From Heteronotia binoei (lineage: Eukaryota), in contig NC_083235.1 in NCBI RefSeq assembly GCF_032191835.1, positions 23,994,001-24,058,000 on the forward strand: a stretch of DNA of 64,000 nucleotides, given 5' to 3'. The position numbers and the translations under genes were made by a program. How positions within the stretch are numbered: the first letter of the stretch is position 1; the number at the start of each line of letters is the position of its first letter. The notes beneath the pieces were generated by a model, which saw nothing but the letters and a program-made list of their open reading frames with translations, had not been told where the DNA came from and ran no database searches. Positions 22,401 through 37,400 of this stretch are shown piece after piece.

Positions 22401-25400
22401 AAGAAAGTTTGTTTGTTTTTTGGAGGGGAAAGGGGGAGAAAGAAAGAGCACAATAAAATTTAGATGTTCCAGAGCTCTGCTCCTGTGAGCTCCTGCCCAA
22501 AATGTGGCCTGACTTTGGGGGGCATTTTTAAGGGCTTTGAATGATTGGATAGTTGTAAAATCCAACAGCAAAGCACTGGAGGCTTAAATAAGCCAAAAGG
22601 TAAGATATGAATATTCTGAACTGAAATTAAAATATAAAACACAAAATTTTCTCTGTGTTCCTTGTTGCATGCCCCCTTCCCCCAACTGCAGATCTTAGGT
22701 ATACAACCCAGATTAAAGGAGCTTAATAAACTTTGAAGATGTGATGCTGAAATAAACTGCTTTACATGCAGCATCCAGCTACAACTTCACATTCACATCC
22801 ATCCTCTATAAAGCTGTGAACCCTACAGAAGACACATGGCCAATCCAGCCTCTAGGCCATGGGTGTCAAATGTGTGGCCTGAGGGCCAGATCAGGCCCCC
22901 AGAGGGCTCCTATCAGGTCTACAAGCAACTCATTATCATCTGCTTCCTTCTCCCTCGCTTGCTTCCTTTGGCAGCACAGCTTGCTTTGCCAGGCTTGCTC
23001 AATTAAGCTATGGAGCAAAAACTATTTTCTCCATTGGCTGACCAGCACATGAAGCAGTTTAGGTGCAAAAAGCTCACAATGCCCAACCATTTCATGTTTT
23101 CACCTGGGTCTTAGGCTCAAAGCACTGACCATGAGATTTCTGTAATGAGTGTCAATAAATCAAAAGTAGGTTTGCACCTTACAAGCATGCACCTGAACAA
23201 CATACTCAAGATTGCTACGGCACAGACATCGTCTCCAGATTTTGATGCAATAATTCAGAGCAAGAAGTGTCAGTTACCGGAAACTGTTAAATAAACAAAA
23301 TATTGCAAAAGTGCTAATCTTTTAAACATATTTTACGTTCTAAAAAAAAAAAAATCTTTAATTGTGTTTGTCTGTGTCCTTTATAAAGTTTATCTCTCTG
23401 CAACCTGGCATTACATTTTATGACACACGTGGCCCAGCCCTACAAGGTCTCATTTATATCAGATCTGTCCCTCATAGCAAATGAGTTCAATACCCCTGCT
23501 CTAGGCAAACCTAAGCAATTGCCTAAAGCACCAGAGTTAAGCCTATGGGGAGCTGTCAGATGACTGGCCTACCTAGTGTAGGGCTGCCAACAACATGGAG
23601 AAAAAATATCCTATCCTTTCAATAGAGGTTCAATGGGATGACGTCTTGCTATTCTCTCTACTGAATGGGAGGGCAGGACGCTAGTCATAGTTCCCCTTGG
23701 GCACCAAAACCTCTCAGGCTAGTAACGGGAAGACAGCAGCGAGGCCTCTGCCCATTCTGCCTGGGTCCAGACCCATTCATGAAGAATCCTCTTCCAAAAT
23801 CCACTGGAACAGAGAGGAAATGAAAGCTCCTCAATTCCATCAAAATTGCTAGAATGTATTTGAGTGCATTGTTAGGACACCAAAGGTTCAAAGTTACAAA
23901 AGCCTCCTAGCGAGACAACAAAAAAAATAAGTACTGAGGATCTATGCCAGTCAGTCTCGGTGCTGAAAAAATGTCTCCCTTACCGATCAGACCAGTAGTC
24001 CTTCAGATATTTCTTTGTGAGGTCAAGGATGCCTTCAAACCACTGCCAGAAGGTGAACCCCCTGTTAGGAAGGATTTCCTATAAATGCCAAAGAAAGAGC
24101 GTGAGGATAAAAGGACCTTGTTTTCTGAGCTTGGTACCATCCCACCCCTCTTCAAAACCCCACTGCCATAACAACCTTATTGAACTGAGACCAAGAAACG
24201 CAGCGGTTCTGGAAGTCCTTGTAGCTGGCGTTGTTGTTGTTGAAGATCTTCTGGGCCAAGAAGAAGTAGTGCTCCTGGAGGAGGCCTTTGGAGGTCTGCA
24301 CCTCAGCCATGAACTTCTGGTTGAGAGTCTCACACATGCTCCCCCAGGGGACACGCTCCGTGACCACAAAGGGGATTCGATCCTGTAACAGGCCAGAGGG
24401 ACTGAGCTTTCCATCATGCACATGGTAAGCTGCAGGAAACGGTAAGAGGGCATTCCCATAGTCTCCTCCAACCACTGCTCGTTCTACCTCCCCCTTTCCA
24501 CCATGGATACCTAACACGATGGCAGCAAAGAAGCAACCTAAGGTGTGAACAACATGTTTGCACATGAATTGGGTCAGCCACTTCAGCCACAGGGCAAAAA
24601 GCACCCCCTGGGCCACTTCTGGTCAGAAAAAGACAAGAGGAGGGAGGCTGAAGCTGCTTCTCCCCCACATCGTGGTTCCAATAGAGATCCAGCTCTGTGA
24701 CACTTGGGGAAATAAATTTCCTACAATGGCTATTTGACTGGCGAATGAGAGTCAGGAAAACCTTGACTTGATTCATGGACAAGTATCTTGGGCAGTTTGG
24801 GCCTAAGCTAAGAACAGAACTCAGAGGTCACACCTCCCTGTCTGACCAATATGCCCAACTCACCCTGTACATCTGGTGAGCAAATGGAAGCCTGGTCTAC
24901 TTATGCAACAAGAGAAATCACTCAAGAACATACAATAAACACAACCTTCAGGTTATAGTGACAGATAACGAATATATTGCAAAAGCAGGGGTGGATTTCT
25001 AGCAGGAGCTCTTTTTCATATTAGGTCACACACCCCTGATGCAGCCAATCCTCCAAGAGCTTACAAGGCTTTTTTTGTAAGCTCTGGGAGGACTGGCTAC
25101 ATCAGGAGGTGTGGCCTAATACGCAAAGGAGCTCCTGCTGGAATTCCACCCCTGCAAATGTGTAACAAGCAAACCAAAGACTTTATCTTTGGTTCACTTG
25201 TTACACATTTGCAATATATTCGCTAATTTGTCACTATAACCTGAGGGTTGTGTTTATTTGTATGGTCTACTTATGCAGCAGAATTAGGTGCGAATAATGG
25301 GGCAGAATTATACAATGGTACACTTTGGACTGCTGGTAAGAGAATCACATTTTTTAACACTCCCTTATGTAAAAAAAAGGCACCCCTTCCTGCAAGTAGA

Positions 25401-28400
25401 GAACTAGACGGGGTCCCCAATGTGGTGCCCATGGGCCCACCCAGCGTTTTTAGAAAGTAGGTAGGGCCAGGTGGGGCTTTTGCCCAGCAAGGCTTCTGAT
25501 TGGCCACTGAAGCTTTGATTAGCTGTGCAGATTTTTTAAAAACGTTGCTTTGGCAGCAGCTGCCACCACAGCACAAGGACCTTCACTATGTGACTGCAGG
25601 AAAGTGGTGGCAGCCATTTTGTGGCTGGTTCTGTCTCCAGTGGCAGCCATTTTGCGGCTGGCTTAGTCTCCGGTGGCAGCTGTTCTGTGACTGCATCTAC
25701 CACACGTGACAGAATTCCAGAGGTACCTGCAGGCTCAAAAAACGTGGGGACCCCTGAACTAGACCGATGGAGAAACAAATAAGTTAGGCTGCGATCACAA
25801 ACTCTAAATAATCCACTTCCCAACTCGATTTTGCTAGTTCACACAGTAAAATTCAGTTGGCAAGTTAGGGATGCCAATCCCCAGGTGGGAGCAGGGGATC
25901 CCCCGGTTTAGAGACCCACCCCCCTGCTTCAGGGTCATCAGAAAGTGGGGGGAGGGGAGGGAAATGTCTGCTGGGAACTCTTATTCCCTAAGGAGATTTA
26001 TTCCCATAGAAAATCATGGAGAATTGATCTGCGGGTATCCAGGGCTCTGGGGGGGGGGGCTGTTGTTTGGGGTAAAGGCACCAAATTTTCAGTATAGCAT
26101 CTAGTGCCTCTCCCCAAAATACCCCCCAAGTTTCAAAAAGATTGGACCAGGGAGTCCAATTCTAGGAGCCCCAAAAGAAGGTGCCCCTATCCTTCATTAT
26201 TTCCTATGGAAGGAAGGAATTGAAAAGGTGTGCCGTCCCTTTAAATGTGATGGCCAGAACTCCCTTTGGAGTTCAATTATGCTTGTCACAGCCTTGATCT
26301 TGGCTCCACCCCTAATGTCTCCTGGCTCCACCTCCAGATATTTATTGAATTGGACTTGGCAACCCTATTTAGTGTGCGTGATCACAGCCCCCCCCCCCAC
26401 TGCTCGAGGCAGATTAATTTTTGGCTTACAAGGTTTTTTTAAAACACACACACACACACGACTGTTTGAAAGTACTATTCTTCCACTTACAGTCTGAAGT
26501 GGTACTGTCTACTTTATCACCTCTAATTAGCTTTCATTCTGCTATATACGGAGACCAGGGCTGATTAGATTGTTATATTACAACAAATATGGGAGGGACT
26601 GCAAAACTGAGATAACATAAAAGGCCTGAAGCCTGGAGTAGACTGCCTTTCTGGCCTGAAGTGCTCATAAAGCCTGTGAACCTGTGAGTACATGCTGACT
26701 AATAAGAGGGGGCAAAGTTTGCACTTGAAGAGATACACTGCCAACATGGCACAGTAGGCTAAGTGTCGCACTAGGATCTAGGAGAGCCAGATTCAAATCC
26801 TCACTCTATCATCTCCTAGGGTGACTTTGGTGCCACTCTCAGCCTAATCTACACCCCAGGGCGTTTTGTTGTGAGGGTAAAACAGAAGAGGGGGGAATGC
26901 TGTAAGCTGCTTTAGGACCATTGGGGAGGTAGAAAAGGTAAAGGTATTCCCCTGTGCAATCATCAATCATTTCCGTCGCATCACGACGTTTTCACGGCAG
27001 ACTTTTTTTTACGGGGTGGTTTCCCATTGCCTTCCCCAGTCGTCTACACTTTCCCCCCCAGCAAGCTGGGTACTCATTTTACCGACCTCGGAAGGATGGA
27101 AGACTGAGTCAACCAGATCTGGCTACCTGAACCCAGCTTCCGCCGGGATCAAACTCAGGTTGTGAGCAGAGAGTTCGGACTGCAGTACTGCAGCTTACCA
27201 CTCTGCGCCACGGGGCTCAAGTTACTGGGGAGGAAACCCAGGGCTTTTGTGGCAGGGGTGGAAGGAGGTGGAACAGAATTCCAGAACCTCATTGGGGAAA
27301 CAAAATTCTCCAAAAAAGTATTTTTTTTAAATGAGGGGCACCCGGGTGTTTCTTCTTCATTTCCCTTTGAAAGTTCCAGCACCTCTTTTTCCAGGAAAAA
27401 AAAGTCCTGAGGAAACCAATTTATAAACAGCCAAATAAATTAAAGGAACACAGCTCTAATTCTTTCTCTCCTAAGAAGGAAGAGATTGCTTAAAAGACAT
27501 CTATACTAGTAAACATCAGCGGTTTGACTTTCCATGCGTGGACTTTGGAATGTGATTGCAATGGATGAAACTATGTCCTGAACAAATTCTGGCTCTAGAA
27601 GTTGTTTATAAGCAGAGTCCTAGCAGGGCACGAGAGCACCGATGACAGCATTTACATTCAGGCGTTCTCAGAAACTACCCCAAACTGTATCCCTAAATCA
27701 CTGCTGCTGTACAGAAAACCCACCCACCCCCTCATCAGAGTACCCCTAGCTTCCAGCCTGCTCTTCAGCTTCCATCTGCTTCTTAAATCCGATCTGGTAT
27801 CACTTGCCACCTCTAGCTCTCCAATCAGTCTCCTCTTCAAGCTAAAGAAGTTCTGGTTGATAACATCAGGTGGTGGCAGCTACAAGCCTACATGGCTTCA
27901 AGAGGGGATTGGATAAACATATGGAGCAGAGGTCCATCAGTGGGTATTAGTCACAGGGTCTAGATGGAACTCTCTGTCTGGGGCAGTGATGCTCTGTATT
28001 CTTGGTGCTTGGGTTGGGGGGGCAACAGTGGGAGGCCTTCTAGTGTCCTGGTCGGGCGGACCTCCTGATGGCACCTTTTTTTGGGTGGGGGGCGGTTGCC
28101 ACTATGTGACACAGTGTTGGATTGGATGAGCCATTGGCCTGATCCAACATGGCTTCTCTTATGTTCTTTAAAAAAGTCCTCTAAATCACCCTAGCCCAAC
28201 CACATCCCTACTTTTAGGCAGCAACAAGGAAGCCTCTGTGGCAAACAAAATTGTCTGGTACACTCCCATTTGGCACATGTTGTGGTAGTTGCCTATGGTG
28301 TCCCAGAAGGTTGGACCAGAACCAACAGGAAGAAATGAAATCAAAAGAGTTTTCAGTTAAACATTAGGAACAATTTCTGACAGAGCAGTTCCTTAGTGGA

Positions 28401-31400
28401 ATAGGCTTTTCCGGGAGGTGGTGAGTCTCCTCCTTTGGAGGTTTTAGAACAGAGGCTAGATGGTCATCTGACAGCAATGTTGATTCTGTGAACACAGGGG
28501 GAGGTATTTGTGAATTTCCTGCATTATGCAGGGACTAGATGACCCTTCCAACTCTATGACTCTACCCAAGTCTGATTGCCTCTCCAGAAAGGGGTGGAGC
28601 AAGGAGCATTCTGATGGCTCCTCCCACATGAACAAGGTTTCTAATCTAACCCTGGCACTGTGGAACAGCACTAGTGCTGCAGCAGTTCCAACACCACTGG
28701 CACGAGATGAGAAGGAAATCTAAGGACTTTTTAAAAAAATCCCATCCTACCCCACACTGTGTGCAGTATTCCTAAAATATTTTCCTATAGTTAGCCATGG
28801 CCATTTGTCGGGGAACATCATGTTGCAGGGACCGGCCCTGCCCCCAACCAGTAGCACCCCCTATCTCTCATTCTCTGAGAGGCAGAATTTCAACCACAGT
28901 CATAAGAACATAAGAGAAGCCATGCTGGGTCAGGTCAATGGCCCATCCAGTCCAACACTCGGTGTCACACAGCCAAAAAACCAGGTGCCATCAGGAGGTC
29001 TGCCTGTGGGACCAGGACACTAGAAGCCTAGCTCCCACTGTTGCCTCCACAAAGCACCAAGAATACAGAGCATCACTTGACCCCAAACAAAGAGTTACAC
29101 CAATACCCTGTGGCTAATAGCCACTGATGGACCTCTGCTCCATATGTTTATCCCCTCTTGAAGCCATCAGTGCTTGTAGCTGCCACCACCTCCTGTGGCA
29201 GTGAATTCGATGTGTTAAGCACTCTTTGGGTGAAGTAGTACTTCCTTTTATTGGTTCTAACCCGAGTCCTCAACAATTACATTGAGTGACCATGAGTTCT
29301 TGTATTGTGAGAAAGGGAGAAAAGCACTTCTTTCTCTACCTTCTCTATCCCATGCATAAGCTTGTAAACCTCTGTCTTGCACTTACTTTTGTGGCAAAGG
29401 CATTGTCCCACAAAATTGTGGCCTTAGCATTATTGTCTTGGTTGCCGTGAACGATCACCACAATGGGCAGAGTAAGGGCCTGGAGGAGAAGCAGAGAAAA
29501 TGAGAAGATGACAGAATGAGCTGGCCAAACAAGCTGGATACAAATCTCCCTGACAAACAAATAATTATCTAACATTAAGTTCCCCAGAACTGTTCGTGCT
29601 CCAGTTCTCCTCAGTTCAGTTCCCCAGGTGCTCTCCTCAGCCAAAGGTCACGGCAACTTGGCCCTCTCTTGGCATTTAAAGAAGCCAATGAGCCAGGTGC
29701 ATCTATTCCCCTCAGTGCTCTTCCAGACTTGACAGCGTCTGATGCCCACTGGGTCTTCACCAGAACACTGATGCTTCCTTGATAAATCCTTGAAGTCCTG
29801 CCACATTATAAATCCTTCAAAAATTCAGACTTTCCTCCCTTGGCACTTATTTCCTTCTGCCAGAAATTGTCTTCATTGTATTCTGGACAGCTTCTTTCTT
29901 TGTGAGCTTATCCAGTACTAATTATAACTTTTATCCTGTTTACTTTCTTGCTATTATATTTGCTTAACAAACTATGTCTTGCTCACTCCACGTTTGCCAT
30001 TCCCTGTGTTTTCCAGGCTGCTGCTCAGCTGGCCAGGGGGGAGGGAATTGTGAGAATGTCAAAAGCAACCAAGCCCAGTGTTCCCTCTAAGTTGAGTTAG
30101 TGTGAGCTAGTTCAGTTTTTTACCCTCCGGCTCAAACATTTTTGCCTTAGCTCAGGAAAAATGGCCCCAGAGCAAATGAATCTATGCAGTAGCTCACAAC
30201 TTTAATGCCAGTAGCTCACAAAGTAGGATTTTTGCTCACAAGACTCCACAGCTTTGAGGGAATATTGACCATGACACGCTGACATGACTCCCTGTCTGCC
30301 CAGTAGTGACATCAATCCATTGCCAGGGGACACTGGGGATGCTCTGGCGCTTGGGCAAAACTCTATGGTTAAACCACAGAGTTTTTGTCCAAATGCCAGC
30401 GCATCCCCGGCAACACGCTGAAGTAATTTTTGAGCACAGAGGGAGTGACATCAGCACATTGCTGGCAACAGGACCTGTTGCATGTGAGTTGCCCTGGGTT
30501 CTTAACTCCTCAACTTCAACCACAGAACAGGGCTTGCCCTGACTAAATATAGGGTTGCCTGATGATGGGGGGTGGGTGCTCTGGGCTCTCTATGATAAAG
30601 CCCTAGAATCAGAGTGGTTGCAGTCGGTTAAGGCCCTTGTCTGTTCTAGGCCTGAAGTGGTCAGGAGGAAGTGGGGTGCGTGGAAAGAGGGCGCTTGCTA
30701 GGAAGGATGTCCTGGTTATGACAAACCTATATGGCCCCACCCTCTTTTCATGATCGATTCCCATTGGGGAGAAAAGCAGAGGAGAAAAAAAAATGGAATT
30801 CTTCTTCTGTGTCATATTTACTCTAACATGTGAACAGCCGACAAACAACTAATGATATTTGATCATGTAAGAAGAACTTGTCACACAATACCATCAGTAT
30901 ACCAGCATTGCCACCTGCGGTCGGAAGAATGACGTCATCCCAGTATTACCTGCAGCAGGAAGGTGGTATTGTTGGAGCCTAGGCTGATTCGGGCACTGAA
31001 AAGGATAGCACATTTCTCTTCAGTCACAGACTCAGTGCTCTTGCGGTCGCTGCGCTTGATTTTCTTTAGAAGCTAAAGGATGAGAAAGACAAACCACACA
31101 GTGTTGCCAAGTGGGGGAAGGGGGGCACCCTTGGCTGGAACTTTCACCACTATTTGGGAAAAGTTCTATGCCATGCAAACCTAGCTATCTATATCTGCCC
31201 CCACAGTCCACTTGCTACCCTAGGACAATGCTCTTCAGCATGTGGTTGGGACACGGGTCGGTTGTATAGCTCTGTCTGTTTGGTCGTGTGTCCCTACAGA
31301 AACACTTCTCTTCTGCTTTTGCTGCTTTTTGCACAAAAAGCAAGAGTGCCACACCTTCAGCAAGCGTGGGAACAGGAAACAGTTTAGGGAGGTGAAATTT

Positions 31401-34400
31401 CTCAGCTATGGGGCTTTTGGCAGGCATTGGAACATTCTAATCAATGTCCTTGAGACTCAACTGACAGTGAGAAGGCAGTCACACTTTCTCTCTCTCTGTT
31501 CTGGCTGTTCTAGCCATCCCATTGCTCCTCCTCTTGTTGAATCCGGGTAACCTGCTATCGAGGAGCCAAGATATTCCGGCAGCCTACACAGCGCCTTGAA
31601 GCAAGGTACCAGATGAGATGGAACAAGGGGAAGTCAACAGTGTTGACTGGCTGGGTGGGGCAAATTTTGAGTGGGGCAATGCCCCTAAATGCCCCATCAC
31701 AGCTACAGGTCTGTTCATGCTTCTATCCCCTGGTTTCTCCCTTACCACAGTATACCTCCTCATGCTTCTCCTTTGAGGAAGAGGAGGATAAAAGTGTACT
31801 AGCTACTAACAAATAAAGCCAATGGCATGAGAGTTTACCCCGCATCTACCCATACATCTTTATCCCGACCTCTAATCCATGCAACATTCCTGGACACCCC
31901 TGCCTCTGTATCTCAGCCTTGCCCCCAACCTGGGATAGAAGGGCTGTTTTAGTTCACTCACCATATTCTTAAAGACAGCACAGCAAGCACCGCTTGTGGC
32001 AGAGATCTCTAGAGGGGCTAGGTTGTTCACAATTTCTCCCGTGCTTTCACTGAAATGCAGAAAGAGAGATCAGCAGACAGGAAGAGAGTATAGATCCAGG
32101 TGGGCAGCTGTGTTGGTCTGCAGCAACGGAACAAAGCTGGAGACCAGTAGCACCTTTAAGACCAACCAAGTTTTATTCAGAATGCCAGCTTTCGTACACA
32201 TGCATACTTCTTCAGACAAGGAATGAAATATCTTTAAGTGCAGGTGGCCTGAGACAGGTGTAACTTTTGCAGAGTGATGGAATAATTTGGTGGCAACAGT
32301 CCTAGAGAAAACAACTGCCCTCTGCCCATTCCATACGGCTTATTTACTTTGGAAGCAACCACTGAGCTTTCCGCTTAATAAAGTGCCTAGTGGCATATAC
32401 AGGCTTATGAATGTCATCTTTCATTATACTAAAAACAAACTCAAAACACGTGAGGATAGTGACAGTACTAGGCTACAGTGATGACCAGTGTTCCCACTAA
32501 GGTGAGTTAGCGTGAGCTAGCTCACAGATTTTTAGCCTCCAACTCACAGATTTTCGTCTTAGCTCTGGAAGGATGACCCCAGAGCCCAATAATTTATGCA
32601 GCAGCTCACAATTTTAATGCCAGTAGCTCACAAAGTAGAATTTTTGCTCACAAGACTCTGCAGCTTAGAGGGAACATTGGTAATGACCAGTGTTCCCTCT
32701 AAGCCAGGGTGTTGAACTCATTGTTTAAGAGGGCGGGATTTGACATAAATCACCTTGTCGGGCCAGGACACCTGAGTCATAAAATGTAAGGGCAGGTGTG
32801 TGAGGGGAGGGAGAGGTCCTGCTTCTGCAGCATCCCACGCCTCCCGGATAGTCCTGGCTGCAGACGCACAAGGAAAGCCCACCCAGCCCCTGCCTCTCCA
32901 ACATTTGGAGTGGCGCGGGAGGGGGAGATCTTCTTCCTGCTTCTGCAGCAGGCACTGCAGAAGCACAAGGAAAGCCCAGCTGGCCTGCGCCTCTCAGGCA
33001 ATTGGAGAGGTGTGTATGGGGGGGGGGGGTGTCAGTTGCTCATGGGCTGGATCCGAGCCCTGCAGGGGCTGGATCTGTTTTACAGGCTGCTGCTCCAAGC
33101 TGTATGCATGAGCAGCTGCTTATTAACCAGATTTTTCCCAAGGGAAACCATAAAAGGTGGGATACTTTACATTTCCATACATACCAGTTGATTACAGGAT
33201 GGGTAAAAGCCCTGGCTGGTTCTGGCCCCCGGGCCTTATGCTTGACAGCCCTGCTCTATCAACTACTACCACACCAGCTCTATTAATATGAACTGTGGCT
33301 GAGTGTTTTGAGTGCAATTGGATAGGATCTGTAATCTACTGTGGGTTTCTACTTCTGTACTTTAGCCAAATCCAAAACACATTTAACACAGGAATACTCT
33401 TTCAGTATTAACTAACTCTAAGAGCAGAAAGAATGGAAGACGTCATCTGCATTAACTGGAAAACAATATTGTCAGATAACAAAGTACACTCACTAAAACC
33501 TTGAGGAATGTTCTTTTTCAAATCCATAAATCAAACAAGGAAAAGAAATCCAAATATATACTATGCTGCTGCCAAGCTGCTTTCAGTTTTTTCTTCAAAA
33601 ACTGCTGGACAAACAGAGGTAGCCCAGCAATAACACCGACTAGAGAGGTCATTAACTTGAAACCCTGCTTGAAATCACGTTCTAAAGCTCAGGAAGGTTG
33701 AAATGCAATTGTGCTGTCCAGTGTTCCCTCTAAGTTGAGTTAGAATGAGCTAGCTCACAGATTTTTAGCCTCCAGCTCACACATTTTTGTCTTCGCTCAG
33801 AAAGGATGACCCCAGAGCACAATAATTTATGCAGTAGCTCACAGCTTTAATGGCAGTAGCTCACAAAGTAGAATTTTTGATCACAAAACAAGGCAGCTTA
33901 GAGGAAACATTGGTGTTATCATTCTTCCTGCATGGACAGAGATCAGTTCAGAAACCTGACGAGCACACCCCAAACTGCCTTGTTTACCTGTGCACTCCGA
34001 CAGCAAGAGAGGGGCTGGAAAATGTGATACATGACAGCAGGGCTTTCTTTGCAGCAGGAACTCCTTTGCATGTTAGGCCACACATCCCTGCTGTAGCCAA
34101 TCCCTCTGGAGCTTACAGGGCTTTTAGTACAGGGCCTACTGTAAACTCCAGGAGGATTGGCTACATCGGGGAGGGGGTTGTGGCCTAATATGCAAAGGAG
34201 TTCCTGCTACAAAAAAAGCCCTGCATGACAGTCTCTTTCTCTCTCTGCTTCAGATAAGTCCAGGATGGCCCCATGGTCATCTGAGATCACTAGACAGGTT
34301 CTCAGACACTGCCTCAGTCCTTGGGGAAACTGCTTCCCTCCCCATGCCAAAGACCTGTTCTGACACCTTCTTTCGACACCATCCCTTCAGTCTGCCCTTA

Positions 34401-37400
34401 CAGTATAAACACAAGTTACAAAGTCCTTGTGTCTCCTATGTGTCCACCCAGGGCTTTTTTTTCTGTACCAGGAACTCCTTTGCATATTAGGCCACACACC
34501 CCTGATGTAGTCAATCCTCTTAGAGCTTACAGTAGGCCCTGTACTAACAGCTCTGTAAGCTTTTGGAAGATTGGTTACATCAGGGGCGTATGGCCTAATA
34601 TGCAAAGGAGTTCCTGCTACAAAAAAAGCCCTGTGTCCACCACAGGTACTGCCTACCACATACCTATACACTGGAAGTTCCATGCTCAGAATTTAATTAC
34701 CAGGTGTGTAGGGGGCTGGTTCAGATCAGGATTATGATGCTTACTATTTTCACAGGAGGAAAGGTAAAGGTAGTCCCCTGTGCAAGCACCAGGTTGTTAT
34801 CGACCCATGGGGTGACATCACACCAGGACGTTTTCTTGGCAGACTTTTTATGGGGTGGTTTGCCATTGCCTCCCCCAATCATCTACACTTCACCCCCAGC
34901 AAGCTGGGTACTCATTTTACCCACCTCGGATGGATGGAAGGCTGGGTCAACCTTGAGCCGGCCACCTGAACCCAGCTTCTGCCGGGATTGAACTCAGGTT
35001 GTGAGCAGAGCTCGGACTGCAGTACTGCAGCTTGCCACTCTGTGCTACGAGGCTCCATTTTCAGAAAACTGGCATCTATTTATTTTTAATAATTAAAGAT
35101 TTTTTTGTGTACAGGATATGGAGAATAGGAAGGCCAGGTCACAAGCCTTGGTCCCCTGTCTCCCCTTTATGGGAGTTGGGCTGGGACTGGCTGGGACTAA
35201 TGGGAGTTGAAGGCAAAAAACATCTGGAGAGCTACCATTGGCCACCCCTGCTCTAGGATTCCTTCAAATCCATGACCTGGTGAAGTCGCTTCTGGTTATG
35301 GAGCAGGAGGTGACATCATTTGTGTAAGGCCACCTGTAATGGAGATGGAAAATTACCCCATCATTTCCCCCAAAAATGTTTCATAACAACTTGTAGCAAT
35401 TGCCTCCAATCACCAAAACTCTCCCAACAGACTACGCAAGCTGGCTAGCCCCAGGCAGGCTGGGTTAGGGTAAGCCAAGGAGACTTGAGTTAATTGGGGG
35501 ATAGGTTATCAGTGACGCAAAATTATTTGCCTCGCCTTCTCCACTGCTGCAAATCCTCACCGGCAACAGACCTACAATCATGGCTTTGGCAGGTTTCAGC
35601 ACTGAAACAGTAACTACAGGGATCAAATTATTTTAAATAGTTTTTTTTAATTAGCATGGTAACTGCTGCTGTCTATGATTGTAGCCCAAACCAGAGAAGG
35701 CGCACTCCCTTGCTTTCTAACTTTGCCGAGTTTTGGACTTCAAAAGGATTCTTTGGGTGGCTGACAACACTGGCAGGCACCTGGTACACCAGCTGGAAAG
35801 TTGAAACATGTAAAATTACGTATGTAGACTGGATCGTAAATCACGTAATGTGTATCTATCTGTTTGCCGATCCCGGCTGCAGCCCAATCCAGCAGCAGAC
35901 AGCCCCATAAACAGATCTACACCCTTGTCAGCTCATTGACTTCAATGGACTTAAGAAACGTGCAACTCTGCTTAGGATAGCAGGTGCTTAGGGGCTAGCT
36001 TTCGAATAAATATTTAAGTATGTAGGATGGGCTTGTCAACACTCCGCAAATGAGACTAGATCGTAAATCTATCACAAATCAATTGCAAATTGATTTGCAT
36101 AAACTGTAAATCAAATAATGCATATCTATCTGTTTGCTGTTCCCAGTTGCAGCCCAGTCCAGCAGCAGACAGCTCCATAAACAGAGCTACACCCTTGTCA
36201 GCTCATTGACTTCAATGGACTTAGAAATGTGCAACTCTGCTTAGGATAGCAGGTGCTCAGATGCTAGCTTTTGAATAAATATTTACTGCCTTTCTGCGCA
36301 CCCAGCCCAGACGCCTATAAATCTTCCATCTGCACAGTTTATGGTCCTCCCTATGCAAAGCAACTTAACCACATTTCCCTTTTTGAGCAGCACACCTTGC
36401 AATTTGGCTGGGGACTGGATAAAAGTATTGCGCGCTTGGAAAACAAAACGCACTGGAGATCGTGGTGGTGGATAGCACCCTCAAGTCACTTACAGTGACT
36501 CTGTAGGGTTTTCAAGGCAAGAGACGTTCAGGCATTTAAAGCCCTGTGCAGCCTGGGACCGACGTATCTGAGAGACCGCTTCTCCTCATATCTGCCCCGA
36601 AGGACTTTATGTTCAGCTAATCACCATCTGCTGGTTGTCCCCGGCCCAAAGGGCGTCCATCTTGCCTCAACTAGAGCCAGGGCTTTTTCTGCCCTGGCTC
36701 TGGCCTAGTGGAACAGGCTTTTGTTGGAGATTAGAGCCCTCCCTGTTCTACTACCTTTTCGGAGGGCCTGTAAAATGGAGCTGTTCCGCCAGGCCTTCAA
36801 GTGAGGCAGCGGACACCCATAGTACATAGAGTTTGGCCTCCCTGTCGCAGCATTCTATCATCTACTGGGCTAACTGGAACATCATTAGTTCCAGCTCTGT
36901 TTGCACTATGGCCTGATTAGTTGTCTTCCACCTGAAATGGAGTAATTTTATTCTTTTTATTGTTTTATTGCAGGGGTGGCCAACGGTAGCTCTCCAGATG
37001 CTTTTTGCCTACAACTCCCATCAGCCCCAGCCATTGGCCATGCTAGCTGGGGCTGATGGGAGTTGTAGGCAAAAAACTTCTGGAGAGCTACTGTTGGCCA
37101 CCCTTGTTTTATTGTTTTAATTGTTTATTTACTTCTAATTTTATAGCCTATTGTTATTATTTAAGTCTGTGGTGATCCGCCCTGAGCCCACTCATGGGAT
37201 AGGGTAGACTAGAAATTAACAAAAATAAATAAAAATAAATAAAAGAGGTGGTTTGCTGTTGCCTGCCTCTGGACTGGGGATCTTCCATTCAAGTACTAAC
37301 CAGGGCTGACTGCTTAGCTTCCGAGATCTGATAAGACTGAGCTAGCCTGGGCCATTCAGGTCAGGACAGAGAGGAGCGGAGAAAGTCTGCTGTTGCCTAC

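Noticed and set aside
24017-24388. 123-aa plus-strand ORF (also 40768-41025 and 20472-20903)
   Set aside because: Antisense shadows of real STAT6 exons.
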